Of a DNA stretch of 64,000 nucleotides, positions 37,428 to 50,917 are shown piece by piece. Position 1 is the stretch's first letter. Each line of letters opens with the position of its first letter. This DNA comes from Octopus sinensis. Taxonomy: Eukaryota. The DNA lies in assembly GCF_006345805.1 (NCBI RefSeq), contig NC_043000.1, positions 24,490,001-24,554,000 of the forward strand. The letters are read 5' to 3'. A model generated the notes under the pieces. That model had not been told where the DNA came from. It saw only the letters and a program-made list of their open reading frames with translations, and searched no databases. The translations under genes and the position numbers were made by a program.

Positions 37428-37699
37428 TTTTATTCACCCTAGTTCAAGTTGTGCAAATAATACCGGACTGACTTGGTGCTTCAACTTAAGTACCTAATTC
37501 AACTGAACCTCAATTCTAACTATCTATCTATCTATATATGTCCTTTATATATATATAAATATGTATATGTCCTTTATATATACATATATATATGTATATG
37601 TCCTTTATATATATATATATCCTTTATATATACATATATATATCCTTTATATATATATATATATATATATATCACAGTATTGACCCACACTACCAGATA

Positions 37700-37930
37700 T
37701 TGTTAGACACAGCTGGTCACAATGCTCATCCTTGCTTTGTTGTAGGTCAACACTGCCCTCAAATGGCCTGCCAGTCTATAGCAAGGTTACTCCTTTACAG
37801 CAATGTAGACTGGAACAACAAAAAATGAAGTGTCTTGTTCAAGAACACAATGCAAAGTCAGTCTGGGAATTGAAACCACAATTTTGCAATAACGAGTGCA
37901 AAACCCTTAACCACTATAGGCCATGTGCCA
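37700..37930 (-). mobile_element. tRNA/CORE-like SINE fragment
   Basis: aatgaagtgtcttgttcaagaacacaatgc..gggaattgaaacc..cccttaaccactatagg. Confidence 0.6.
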
Positions 37931-39142
37931 TCACACACACACATCAAACAGAATTGTGTGATTTCCACAATATTGACTTTACAGCAGTACACTTTATGAT
38001 CTATATCAGTAAAGTTCAAAGGTCACTTTTAAATTTCCTTTTTGTTTTTGTTTAGGATGTGTGAACATTTTTAATGGATTTTATTAAGCAATTACAATAA
38101 ATCTGACTAATCACTCCTTCCCCACCCTCATATATATAGTAATATTAAAACTTGGTGCACATTATAGACGAAAGATTTCTTTCCAGGATTCTAATGACCA
38201 TAATTATGGGTACAGATTATACAAGAATACATATACGTAAATAAATATGGTAAATGCAAACAGATAATGCTAAATGTCTAAACACAGTTTTGAAAATATT
38301 TAATTAGCGACTGAATTGAAATACTCCACAGAATAAAGCAAGCTTTTGAAATTAAAGATATTATCTAACATTATCCGAACATAATTAGTACCTCGTTAAA
38401 ATTAATGGATTTGTAGGTAGTTATATTTGTTTTGATTTAGAGCAGGTCATATAAAGTATACTTCAACCCCATAATGCATTAGAAATATGATAAAATGGGG
38501 GCAACCCATAGAGAGAGAAAGAGACACAAAGAGATATGTGATATAATATGCCTGTTACAATCAGTAATGAAATCATATGATGATAGATTAAGAGAATATC
38601 ATGTTTGTTGTGCAAGCATGCGTCATATTAAAGTATGTAACAAACTGATGAGAGAATGAATTTTTATACTACAGATTAATATCACTGATATGAAAACTAT
38701 TACAGTCCATCTGAATGAAAAGAAACAGTAAGTAAATGACCTTGTGAAGAGAAGTATAAATAATAAACCCAGCTAATAGAGGTAAGAAATGCACTTGATA
38801 ATATCAAGAGACACTTCTAGTCAGCACCTGATTTGATGATTATCAATGGTGGATGAGTTTCAAAACCATGTAACATAAGAAGGGTGACAGAAAGTGAGGC
38901 TAAATCTTTGTACGGTGAGGCGATGACTCTTACAAGCACTAAAATTGAAATAAATCAACTTCATATATACTACTATTAAGTACAGGCAAAACTACGAATG
39001 TTACTTATACTTTTCATTGAGTAACAGTTTCAATTTTACCCTAAAATACCATTAAATACTATTTCATAATATGATGACTAGCCATCTCAGAAAGGCATTC
39101 ATTGTTAAATAGAATGTCTGCTGATGTATATCAAATGCTCAA

Positions 39143-39460
39143 TCATCATCGTTGTCATCATCATCATTGCCATTTGATATCCATTTTCCATGCTGGCAAG
39201 GGTTGGATGGTTTGACAGGAGCTGGCAACTGGAGAGCTGCACCAAGCACCAATTGTCTGTTTTGACATGGTTTCCATGGCTGGATGTCCTTCCTAATGCC
39301 CACCACAGTGTACTGGGTGCGTTTTTATGTGGCACCATTGATCTTCTATGTAGCACTAATATGGATGCTTTTTATGTGGCACCAGCATGGATACTTTTTA
39401 CATGGCACCAGCACGGGTGCTTTTATGTGGCAACAGCATGGGATGTGGCACCAGCATAAT
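39143..39460 (-). mobile_element. SINE family C-related
   Basis: (CAT)n..ttccatgctggcaagg..ggatgtccttcctaatgcc, followed by repeated ttttatgtggcaccagca units. Confidence 0.75.
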
Positions 39461-39559
39461 TAGAAATATTCCAAAGACAGAGTAAATGCAATGATGAAAA
39501 AATATTGGATGACATACTAATAATTAGAATATTAATGAGTGTAAACCTCCTGATTAATA

Positions 39560-39750
39560 TTCTTTTCTACTCTAGGCACAAGTCCCGAAATTTTTGGGGA
39601 GGGGGCAGTCAATTAGATTGACCCCAGTATACAACTGGTACTTAATTTAGTGTCCCCGAAAGGATGAAAGGCAAAGTCAACCTCGGTGGAATTTGAACCC
39701 AAAATGTAAAGACAGACGAACTCAGAATGTAAAGACAGACGAACTCATAA
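39560..39750 (-). mobile_element. SINE family B (ATT-type tail)
   Basis: cctttctactctaggcacaag..aaggatgaaaggcaaagtcaacctcgg; internal atgtaaagacagacgaactc duplication. Confidence 0.8.
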
Positions 39751-40139
39751 CGCCTCCTAATTAATATTTAAAAAGAATTTATTTATTCCTCAACTGGCTT
39801 AACTAAAAATAGGTACTGTTCTGATTTAACACTTAAATGTGTTTGTAATCTTAGATTAGTAAGCATCATCAAGCAGAATTAAGTTCTTGATGAAGTACAT
39901 CTATGATGCAATTCCCATTACCCTCCTTTGGTTACATGGGAAGTTCACTTGAAAACTACATAGTTTCAGTTTCAATTCCACTGTAACACACCTGCTCTAG
40001 TGTTTCCACTCGTCACACCTGACTCAGACTGTTATTTTACTTTATTGACCCAAGTGGGATTTGAATTCAAACTACAAGAAACTAGAATACTGCAAGACCT
40101 CTTGTCTGATGCTAATGGCTTTGCCATTTTACAGCCTGA

Positions 40140-40530
40140 AAATGTTTTCCGTGCCAGTGGCACATAAAGAGCATCATTCAAGTGTGGTCGATGCCAGTGC
40201 CGGCTGACTGGTCCTGTGCCTGTGGCATGTAAAAAACAACATTCGAGCATGGTCATTGCCAATGGCACCTGTGCTGGTGGCACATAACATGCACCATTCA
40301 AGCGTGGTCAATGCCAGTACTGCCTGACTGGCCCTCGTGCTGGTGGCACGTAAAAAGCACCCACTACACTCTCGGAGTGGTTGGCATTAGGAAAGGCACA
40401 CAGCTGTAGAAACTTTGCCAGATCGGTTTGGAGACTGGTACAGCCTTCTGGCTTGCCAGCCCCTAGTAAAACCATCCAATCCATGCCAGCATGGAAAGCA
40501 GACGTTAAACGGCGACGATGATGATGATGA
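40140..40530 (+). mobile_element. SINE family C
   Basis: Repeated units, core and (GAT)n tail. Confidence 0.85.
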
Positions 40531-41456
40531 TTTTGGTTTCAGAATAACTTACTCTCTATCTTCCACCAGTGTCAGAAGCCATGATAAAGGTCATAGAAGG
40601 CGTTTCTTCCTCTCCCTAAACCATAGTAAAAATTCAAACATTTCCATTTCTATATGTTGTTAATAAACTTATAGGGAGGCATGTACAAACTCTTATGAAG
40701 TTATGACAGACAGATTCACAACAACCATTTGGACCAGTCTTGTAATTATAAAGCCTATTACTCATTGATTAACATTAATTCATTATGTCATAATGAATTA
40801 CGAAGTATAAAAATAAACATTTAATAATTAACCTTTATTTATGAATGAATAAATAAGCTTCAAATAAAACATTGAGCTGTAAAGCATTTCTCCAAATGTT
40901 TACTCAAGTCTGAATTCACAAAAGTGTCAACACTAAATGAAATGCATCTGCTACAGAAATATAGGAAACAAGAAACAAGAAGAATTTCTTTTTCTAAATA
41001 CCTAATATAAAATGAAAGCATAGTATGGTAGAATGGATAAAAAGTTTGCTTTGTAACCTTAAGGTCTTGGGTTCAACTCCACTAAAAGGCATCTTGGGGC
41101 AAATGTCAGTTTATATATGCTCAGGCTGGACCATACCTTCTACCTGAAACTGGGTAGATGGAAAACTGCATAGAAGCCCTTAGGAGCCTTGTTACACTTT
41201 GTGTCACATTCACTCTGCATGAGAATTATGCAAAGGGTACACATGTCCATGGAATACTCAGGCATTCACACATCAATTCAGGGGCAGGTAATTCAGTTGA
41301 TCAAATAACTGAACCATCATCCTTAAATGATAAAGATCCAACATTATTATGAATGTAAAATAGTCTTAGAAGTTGAAAGATGAACTTATTTGTTTAATGT
41401 TCATGATGGATTTGTTACTGGAATGGTGGGCGATTGGAGTTCCATTTTAGGATCTA

Positions 41457-41852
41457 CTAGCAGTATCGCCCGGTGTTGCTCAGGTTTGTAAGGGAAATAA
41501 CTATATAAGCATTTTTAGAGAGTTATAGCCCAAAAAATAGCAAAAAAATGCATTAAAAATGGAAAAAAAATGATGGTCATTTTTTTTTTAAATAGTTGAC
41601 TCATCGTAGACATTTTAGAGTTACTTCCCTTTTTTAATACCGAAAAAATGCATTAAAATGGCAAAAAATGATGGTAAATTTTTTTTTAAATCGTAGACTC
41701 ATCATAGACGCGCGCTAATATGCAGAAGGGCTCAATATGAATCACGACTATAAGATACCTGGTTTTAGTTAAACTGCACCGCAAAATGTGGGAGTAGTTA
41801 GGAATCTAAATCGTAGGAGTCAGACACACAACTTGACTTTTATATATAAAGA
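41457..41852 (-). mobile_element. Non-autonomous Helitron, copy 2
   Basis: CTAG terminus and hairpin cccggtgttgctcagg at one end, ..tatataaaGA at the other; highly similar to 15988-16373. Confidence 0.8.
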
Positions 41853-41984
41853 TTATAAATATTCTTCAATTATAACATCTTAGTTTAGTTTAAAAACAAC
41901 ACACTAAAAAATGCTTTGTAAAATAAGATATGTCTGTTTCATAAGTCACAACCATTTAAACAGCAATTGTTTTATTTTTTTATC

Positions 41985-42450
41985 TTTTGCATGTTTCACT
42001 CACTAGGCTGTGGCCATGCTGGGGCAACACCTCGAAGAACACCGTTAATTTAACGTCTGTTTCCCATGCTGGCATTGACCACATTTGGGTGGTGCTTTTT
42101 ATGTGCCACCAGCATGGGGAACCAGTCACCCCAATGCTTACTTTTATTTTTAAGCACAGTATCTTTTCTGTTGGTCTCTTTTGCTGAAGTGCTAAGTTAT
42201 GGGAATGTAAACACCAACATCAGTAGTCAAGCAGGGAAGTGGGGGAGGGACAAACACAGACATGTAGTCACAGACATGCACACACACACAATGGGATTTT
42301 TTCAGTATCCATCTACCAAATCCAGGCACAAGGTTTTAGTTGGCTTGGGGCTCTAGTAGAAGACACTTGCCTGAGATATCATGCAGTGGGACTGAACCTG
42401 GAACCATGTGGTTGGTAAGCAAACTTCTTACCACACAGCCACACTTGCAC
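41985..42450 (-). mobile_element. SINE family A (composite with a C-like fragment)
   Basis: Reverse-strand family A head at about 42330-42450. Confidence 0.75.
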
Positions 42451-43328
42451 TCACACAAATGATTTGACCAAAAGAAAGAAAAAAAATCCTACCTTTGTAC
42501 ATCTTATTTTTCTCTTGTTAACACGACAAGTTAATAAGGTAATTAAAGTCATTAAATCCCATCAAATGAAAAGCATTTAACTAAAGAGCTCCACCAATAA
42601 TAAATAAAATAAAAAGCGCATTTAAGCTTAATTTTCAGTGTGGTCTTCTTAAATTGTGAGGGCACTTCAGAAGTAGAAACTACCAGTCACATTTAGCAAA
42701 TAACTGTCAACTGGCAATTTAAACATTAGTAGGTCACTGATAATCTATCTGACATCAAAGAGGAATAAGTACTCTTGACCTGATTAAAACATTTGATAAA
42801 GCAGCCACAGCTTCTCCAAACTTCTCCAGTTTGGCCCACCCCACCTTTTTGTTTAGTTTGTTATTTTCATGAAACTGCTGAAATCATTCTCAAATTTTTA
42901 TGCTCCAAAGTCGTGAAATAAAAATACCACAAAAACACAAAAGAGAAACGATTCTCAGAAAGGCTTAAGATCCTGTCCTTATTGTACAAATATTTAAAAA
43001 ACGGTACTGTTCTGTTCCTGTGGTTTCAAAGACTTGTGTGTTATTTTAGAAAACAAAAACAGTTTCCACACAGATTAAGGAGATAGTTTTCTTTGTCTTC
43101 TGCCAAATTAATGGCTCTTGGAGTAGCTTCTTCAAAGAGTGCCTCTTCACAGAATCTACTCAACCTATTTTTGGATTTTTTTTTTCCTTTTAAATAGTTA
43201 TTTAATGTTTTTGTTTTGCGCTGGCATGTTTCTGCAGGATTGATAATGAAATCAAATCAATCAGGGGAAAGGACAAAAATAGACTTTGGTACCTTGAGCA
43301 AATGAAATGAATATGTAAACATGTAATA

Positions 43329-43704
43329 GGGCGTAGGAGTGGCTGTGTGGTAAGTAGCTTGCTTACCAGCCACATGGTTCCGGGTTCGGTCCCACTGCGT
43401 GGCACCTTGGGCAAGTGTCTTCTACTATAGCCTCGGGACAACCAAAGCCTTGTGAGTGGATTTAGTGGATGGAAACTGAAAAGAAGCCTGTCGTATATAT
43501 GTATATGTATATATATATATGTATTTGTGTGTCTGTGTTTGTTCTCCTGGCATCGCTTGACGTAGCTTAGCGGTTCGGCAAAATAGACCGATAGAATAAG
43601 TAGTAGGCTTACAAAAAGTAAGTCTTAGGGTTAATTTGCTCAACTAAAGGCAGTGCTCCAGCATGGCCACAGTCAAATGGCTGAAAGAAGTAAAAGAGTA
43701 AAAG
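43329..43704 (+). mobile_element. SINE family A
   Basis: Near-consensus head ggcgtaggagtggctgtgtggtaagtagc. Confidence 0.9.
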
Positions 43705-44191
43705 GGTATGTAAAGTCACTTATTAAATGTTGTTATTACAGATTTCTCTTTTTATTACTGAACAACCTAATTTTTTGAAGTTATTACATCAGTATCTGAT
43801 AAAAGAAAAAATTTCTTATAAGAAAAAAAAAAATAATATTTAAAAGTAATTACAAATTGAAAACTCATATTGAAATATCTGTTCTTGGAGAAGCAAAGGT
43901 TTGAAAATTCCATCCCATTTTGCAGTTTTGATGTAAAATATGATTGACAAATGTCTGAGTGGTTTACTGTGCTTTGAGAAGACACATCAAGCTAAGTGAA
44001 TTGTGGTCTTTGCCAGTGCCAGTGACACATTAAAGACACACATGCCAGTGACATGTTAAAGGCATCCAGTACACTCTGTAAAGTGGTTGGCATTAAGTAC
44101 AGCATCAAGCTGTAGAGAGACCTTGCCAAAACAGATGACTGGAGCCTGGCGCAGCTCTCTGGCCTACCAGTTCCAGTCAAATAGTCTAACC

Positions 44192-44852
44192 CAGTGTTTC
44201 TTAACATTTTTACCCCTGTGTAACCCTTAAAATAAATTGCATCTCAAGGAACCCCAGCACAAAAAAAAAAATTACATACCATATCTTTCTCATATTTTTT
44301 CTTTGTAGTTCATGTGGTAAATATCATATATATATATATATATATATATATAGTAATGGTAAGACAACAAAAGAATGAAAGAGACCTCGATATTATGTAA
44401 ATAGAGGAATTTATCTGTAACATAATATGTGACAATTATTCGGTTGCCATAATAAGACTCTGAGTTTTGGATGTTTGAGCGGAAACCTGCTCTGGCATCT
44501 CTTCAGTTATTGAGGCAATCAAAATATACTATGTGCCTCGATAACTGAAGAGATGCCAGAGCAGGTTTCCGCCCGGACATCCGAAACTCGGAGTCTTATT
44601 ATGGCAACCGAATAATTGTCACATCATATATTACAGATGTATATATATATGGTTTTTATATTTTTTTCAGTAACATAATAGGTTAGATAGGATGATGTCT
44701 ATATTACAATATTATAATAACCAATAATGTGCCTGTATAGTAATATTACGATCATGAAATTAGCATTAGGTTATCTCACTCTTTCTCGTGGAACCCCTAG
44801 AAACCTTTTGCAGAACCCTAAGTTTCTGAGGAATCCTGGTTGAAAAAGTCTG
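44192..44852. mobile_element. hAT-superfamily MITE
   Basis: 8-bp TSD gtctaacc (44184-44191 and 44853-44860); termini cagtgtttcttaac / gttgaaaaagtctg. Confidence 0.85.
44413..44638. mobile_element. Foldback element with a hammerhead-like motif in each arm
   Basis: About 105-nt arms with a 16-nt loop. Plus arm 44540-44600: gataa|CTGAAGA|gatgcc..gacatc-c|GAAAC|tcgga|GTC|ttatt. CpG-decayed mirror at 44451-44511. Confidence 0.8.
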
Positions 44853-45308
44853 GTCTAACCGATGCCAGCATGGAGAATGAATGTTAAATGATGATGAAAA
44901 AAAAAATAAATAAAAGGAGGCCAAAACATTTACACTTGCTTTTAATATGAACATAAGTTAAATGATAAATATATAAAAATGGGACAAAAATTGCTAAAGT
45001 AGTCTTGAAAGATATGCAGTTTGAAAGATATGTGCATTTAAAATGAAGGAGCAGTAAATACAGACGCTGCTGAAAGCAAGTTTAAATGAAGATTTTGTGA
45101 GGAGATAATTTATTTGAGACTTTGGCCCATAAAGTGTACCACCACTGACACTAGTAATGGTACACCGAGGTACTTTATTGCATTTATCTTAAACCAAACA
45201 TGTCAAACATTTCAAGAAATTTAATTTATTTACTACACACATATACAGCTAATAGATAATGCATCTCTCCCTCTCTCATACATACATACATACATATATA
45301 CATATATT

Positions 45309-45875
45309 TGGTGCAGGGGTGGCTTTGTGGTAAGAAGCTTGTAGAGAAGCAAAAGTCGACGGGCGCTTTCATCTTCTCCCATCCTTATCATCCTTGTATC
45401 CTTATCATTCATCTCATTAATGTCTGTGTTCAGCCCGCAAACTTCCTTACTCTGTGTACTGCCCTCGTGGCAAATTTAATGGAATTAATGAAATAAAGAA
45501 GCTTGCTTACCAACAATATGGTTCTGGGTTCAGTCCCACTGCATGGCACCTTGGGCAAGTGTCTTCTACTATAGCCTTGGACTGACCAAAGCCTTGTGAG
45601 CGGATTTAGTAAACGGAAACTGAAAGAAGCCTGTCGTATGTATTTATACACACACACACACATACACGTGTGTGTGTGTATGTATTTGTCCCACCATTGC
45701 TTGACGATCGATGCTGGTATGTTTACATGCCTGTAACTTAGTGGGTCAGCAAAAGAAACCAATAGAATAAGTACTAGACTTACAAACAATAAGTCCTGGG
45801 GTTGATTTGTTTGACTAAAAGCAGTGCTCCAGCATGGTCATAATCAAATGACTGAAGCAAGTAAAAGAATAAAAG
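45309..45875 (+). mobile_element. SINE family A with a 154-nt retro-insertion in its head
   Basis: 10-bp TSD aagaagcttg at 45332-45341 and 45496-45505. Confidence 0.85.
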
Positions 45876-46224
45876 TATGAAAAATGAATATATCTATATT
45901 TTCCTCTTGTTCTAGTCTAACGACCCTCCATATTTGTTTCCGTCCGGTTCCTTTGTATGTCTCCACTGTCCTGTTTTTGTTCCCAACTTTGACCCTCCAT
46001 AAATCCTAAATTTTATTTTAGAATTTATGGGAGCAACTGTCTTTGAAGACTCATACTGAATGCTCAAAATGAGGAGTAGATAGACAGCCGACAACTGATG
46101 AAGGGTCCTTTCTCTGTGTTTACTTGTCCTGTTTTCCATTTTTTCTCATTGTTTTCTCATTTAACTTGTTCGTTTACATATTTCATGTTATTTGCACTAT
46201 TGGTAATGTCCTGCATGTATATGA

Positions 46225-46284
<60 letters not shown>

Positions 46285-46439
46285 AAATAATTTAAAATTT
46301 TATATTTTATATATTTTGTATATTATATTAATTATTTTTATTTTTATGTTTTGGTTTATGTTTTTCATTATTTGATTTGCCTAATAGTGGTTTTATCTCT
46401 AATTTAATTTATATATATATATATATACTCTTTTCTCCA

Positions 46440-47027
46440 TTACTCTTTTATTTGTTTTGGCCATTTCAATGCGGCCATGCTGGAGCACTGCCTTCAGTAG
46501 AACAAATCAACCCCAAAACTTATTCTTTATAAGCCTAGTACTTATTTTATTGGTCTCTTTTGTCGAACTGCTAAGTTACGGGGATGTAAACACACCAGCA
46601 TTGGTGGCAATATATATATATATACATAATTTTTACTTGGCTTCAGTCATTGGATTGCAACCATGCTGGAGCTCTGCCTTAAAGGATATAGATAAGCAGA
46701 TCAACCCTAGCATTTATTTTTTTAAAAGTCTGATACTTATTCTTTAGGCCTCTTTTTGCTGAGCCACTAAATTGTAGGGATGTAAACAAACAAATATTGG
46801 TTGTCAAGCAATAGTGAAGGACAAACTACAAAGACGTGCACACACAGATGTATACTTATATATGACAGGCCTTTTTTCTGTTTCCATCAACTAAATCCAA
46901 TCACAGGGTTTTGGGTGGCCCTGGACTATCTATCATAGAAAACATGTACCTTTGATGCCATGCAGTGAGACTGAACCCAAAACCATGTGGTTGGGATTGC
47001 AAACTTCTTACCACACAGCTGCACCTA
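46440..47027 (-). mobile_element. SINE family A, partly duplicated
   Basis: Two successive tail halves followed by a head on the minus strand. Confidence 0.75.
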
Positions 47028-47514
47028 TAGAGAATAGATTATAAACACACACACATTTTATTTCATATATATATATATATATATATACACATACATATAT
47101 ACACATATACCTCTACAATAATAAAAAAATAACAATCATCTGATTGTTAGAAAGAGCAACTGAATTTCCAGTTTAAAAAAATAAGCACATCTTAAATAAG
47201 AAAAGGATAAAAATAGACAAGAGCAGTTCTGGATAGTCCTAAAATGGTATGGTGGCCATAACTGGAATGTCTTTGATCATAGACCTGCCTGCTGCTTAAT
47301 CAGTGCTGACTGGAAGTTAAGCAACATCAACATAATGGGTTTTTTGTGTGAATGGAATAAGTGCAAAAGTTTGAATTTGTTTTCCTCTTCAACATGTCAA
47401 AGTTGAAATACTTTTGGATCAATTACACAATATTTAATGAAAATTGGCATCTATCCCAAATTCCAAAGTGATCATCGTTTTGAATAGTATCCACTGACCT
47501 TATACTGTTAATTT

Positions 47515-47895
47515 CTCAGCCCAAACTTCATCAAGAATTAGAAAAATAAAAAAAAAATTCTGTTCTGTGTCTGGTGGAGTAGAGTAGAATATCTGATATT
47601 GTGCTGTATAAGCTGCAACGATTTAGCCAAAATATCACACAGGAGTGGTTGGTGCACACTCTGCTGATTTCCAAAGAAGCGTTGTGCCAAAAGAAACATT
47701 CAGTACAATTTAATCACTAACTAATTCTTTTCCTTCCAGATAACACAAGGCCTCATACTGCGCACAGGTCCCGAGACATATTTTACAGTCTCAGATGGAA
47801 AATTTTGCTCCTCACCCAGTAAATTCCCCAAGCATCTTTGCCATGTGACTATTACCTATTCTTATCAGTATACAACCACATGCACAGAAAAAAGA
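47515..47895 (+). pseudogene. Mariner (Tc1/mariner) transposase fossil
   Basis: Manual translation: QPKLHQ..KKILFCVWWS and DNTRPHTAHRSRDIFYSLRWKIL..PCDYYLFLSVYNHM. These match mariner KKVML.VWWD, HDNARPH and SPDLAPSDYHLF motifs; stops and frameshifts present. Confidence 0.85.
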
Positions 47896-48929
47896 AAACA
47901 AAACAAATTCCTAAAAATGTTAAATGAAAGTAGGAGGGGGGGGGGGCAGAGAAAAAACACTAACTAGATTATTGTTACTTTTGGTGAGTTAATCCAAGTT
48001 AGTTATTTAAGAATAATTAAAAAAAAAAATGAATTATTTGGTTTGAATCTCACTAGGAAAAGATCATTCATTCAAACTGGCAACTATTTTCTTAATTTAA
48101 GTTCTCTTAAAATAATAATAATAATAATGATAATGATGATGATGATGATGATAGTAATAATAATAATAATTTTTTTAGTGTAGTTATTTTTTTGAAGTAT
48201 TATTAACATTAAAAAAAAAATCTGCATAAGATGTTTAGTCAATCTGACACACATATAAAAATAATCTTTATGGACACACACACACACACACACACATACA
48301 CTTCATGTAATGAAATCAATACATTGTAGAACATTGACTCCATTATCATTATAGACACAATAGCATGGATCAAAAGCGATTTAGTAATAAAGAAAAATAA
48401 TAGGAATACTTTAGTTAAAATACTGTACAGAATAAATGCAGCAGATCTATTATATTACAACACACACATACAGAGATATGATGTTCAGATACGGTGTGAA
48501 CAAACAGAATATATCTGAAGCTTCCCACATTATAGTTTAATGTACCAACAGAGCAGAAAAATGGGATTATTCGTTAAATGGTGGAGCACGAATGATATGA
48601 TGCCTACCAAGATATATATCAAATGTATGTCAAAGGAACAACAAAGAGAGAACGAGGAAGACTTTAGGGGATAGTTTGCATTGCTAGAAATAGCAGCAAT
48701 ATCTGTCATGTGACATCCTAGTGTCTTAACGAAGGACAGACTGGATAATGTAATCCTTGGCATATTATGGCTACAAAGAAAAAAAAAACAAGCATGGAAT
48801 GGTCATGAGTGGAAAAGTAACAGAGAAAAAGATGAACTTGTTAAGAGTGGAATGCATTTGCTCATAGATTGTTCATTTAGTGCTGAACCCCTTCCCTGGC
48901 AAATTTTTTTGGAGAAAATGTTTTTTTTT

Positions 48930-49068
48930 TTGCCAGCTGAATGGACTGGAGCAATGTGAAATGAAGTGTTTTGTTCAAGAACATAATGCATTGCTTGGTC
49001 CAGGAATCGAAACCACAACCCTAGGATTATGAGTTCAACACCCTAACCACTAAGCCACGTGCCTTCAC
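48930..49068 (-). mobile_element. tRNA/CORE-like SINE
   Basis: ..ccaggaatcgaaacc..ccctaaccactaagccacgtgccttc. Confidence 0.75.
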
Positions 49069-49339
49069 TTCGATATCTGGACATAATTTGTAAAAAAAAA
49101 AACAGATAAAAACCGAGAAATGCCGAGAATAGCTGAGAATTCTCATCTGTGGCTGTTTTTGAAATTATATGTTTTGGATGAGTTTACCCGTTGCACTCTG
49201 AAAAAGACAAATCAGGTGAAGACATGCTAACTCGTCTTTGCCAGGTAAGGGGTTAAACAACAACAGAGAGATAAAAAATAGTAAGTCGATTCTGTAGATT
49301 AACACAATCTGAAAGTATTATCCATCTCGGCTGAACTGT

Positions 49340-49490
49340 GGCATTAGGATGGGCATCCAGCTGTAGAAACATTGCCAGATCAGTTAGGAGCCTGGTGCAG
49401 CCACTGGCTTTCTGGACCTCAGTCAAACCATCCAACCCATGCCAGCATGAAAAACGGACGTTAAATGATGGTGATGATGATGTTGATGAT
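49340..49490 (+). mobile_element. SINE family C, 5'-truncated
   Basis: gggcatccagctgtagaaac..ggacgttaaatgatggtgatg. Confidence 0.8.
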
Positions 49491-49534
49491 AACACTGTAT
49501 AGGAGTAGAATAAAATATCAAATTCTCTTATATC

Positions 49535-49985
49535 TTTGACTGGCTTCAGTCAGTGGACTGTGGTCATGCTGGGGCACTGCCTCGAATGGTTTAATTGAAT
49601 GAACTGATATCAGTGCTTACTTTTTTAGTTCTAGTACTTAATTTATCATTCTCCTTTGCCGAACTGCTAAGTTACAGAGATATAAATAAACTTATATCAG
49701 TTGTCAATTGGTGTGGTGGGTACAAGTGTAGACACATACACATAAATGTATACATGTATACACACATGTATATGCATGCACACACACACACCATGGGCTT
49801 CTACACAGTTTCTATTGTCCAAATTCACTGAGGCATTGGTTGGCTTGAGGCTATAGTTGAAGTAAAGAAATATATTTTTTAGTAAAGAAATATATAGTTG
49901 AAGACTCTTGCCCATGGTGCTGTGGATTGGGCCTGAACCTGAAATCACGTGGTTGCAAAATGAGCTTCTTAACCAAGAGACATAA
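49535..49985 (-). mobile_element. SINE family A, diverged
   Basis: Reverse-strand similarity to the family A consensus. Confidence 0.7.
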
Positions 49986-50421
49986 ACCTATCATACAGAT
50001 GAAAAAAACACCATACACACGAGTAGTTACACTATTACAATGTACAGCAGCAGAATAACACATTATAGTTGTATCACTTTGCAATGTTTAACTCAAGGCC
50101 TCTGCTCGCTTCCTACATTGTCACATTGTAGAACTCACACACACCCGACGATGGCATATCTCACTTTTGACATGTTCTAGCAACAACTACGTCCACAACT
50201 GAGATGCTGGATAGTAGCACAATAACACATTATGTAAAAGAGATATTCTATCTGAAACTTAGATCTAAAAAGAAGTTTATCATCAGTAAAAAAAAAAAGA
50301 CATATCACTTTACATGGTCAATATTAGTCTAATTATATATCATAAGATTTGCAGCTGTTCAGAGTGTGACTATGTGTGAATGTGTATATGTATGAGAAAT
50401 TATGATAACACACAGGATTAC

Positions 50422-50500
<79 letters not shown>

Positions 50501-50849
50501 ATGTGAGAGAGAGTCTATTGGTTGTCTTAGTAGTTTAGCTGAGAGTTGTTTTCTCCATGTCTTTCCTGGGAGGTGGATGGCGAAACTCAATTTCAAAGAA
50601 AAGAAAAGAAATCCAACGAAGTCTATTGAATCATCTCAGAGCCTTCTTCAAGGTACAAAAGTCCAAAGAAATTCCCAGGAGGGAACCAATAATCTTATTA
50701 TGGAAAGAACAGAGAAGTTATAATGGAAAGCAGATTTATTCCCAGGAGAAAGTTTGGAACTAAAGACAAGACATTTTACAGGTGATGAATTTAACAGCTA
50801 TATACTTCTATAGGTAGACGTAGTCGTCTTCTACTACTACTACTACAAT

Positions 50850-50914
<65 letters not shown>

Positions 50915-50917
<3 letters not shown>

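Larger units (their letters stand above)
44010..44895 (+). mobile_element. SINE family C interrupted by a hAT MITE
   Basis: The body ..caaatagtctaacc resumes as gatgccagcatggagaatg..atgatgatg after 44860. Confidence 0.8.

Noticed and set aside
36879-38728. Small plus-strand exon candidates (36879-36920 FGIQTNIKVAQIQ; 38194-38216; 38676-38728 INITDMKTITVHLNEKK)
   Set aside because: At least one weak splice site each, mutually incompatible phases, and expected by chance in AT-rich DNA.
46085-46135. gacaa-ctgatga-aggg..ttgtc as a hammerhead
   Set aside because: Lacks the GAAA half of the core; at most a truncated repeat remnant.
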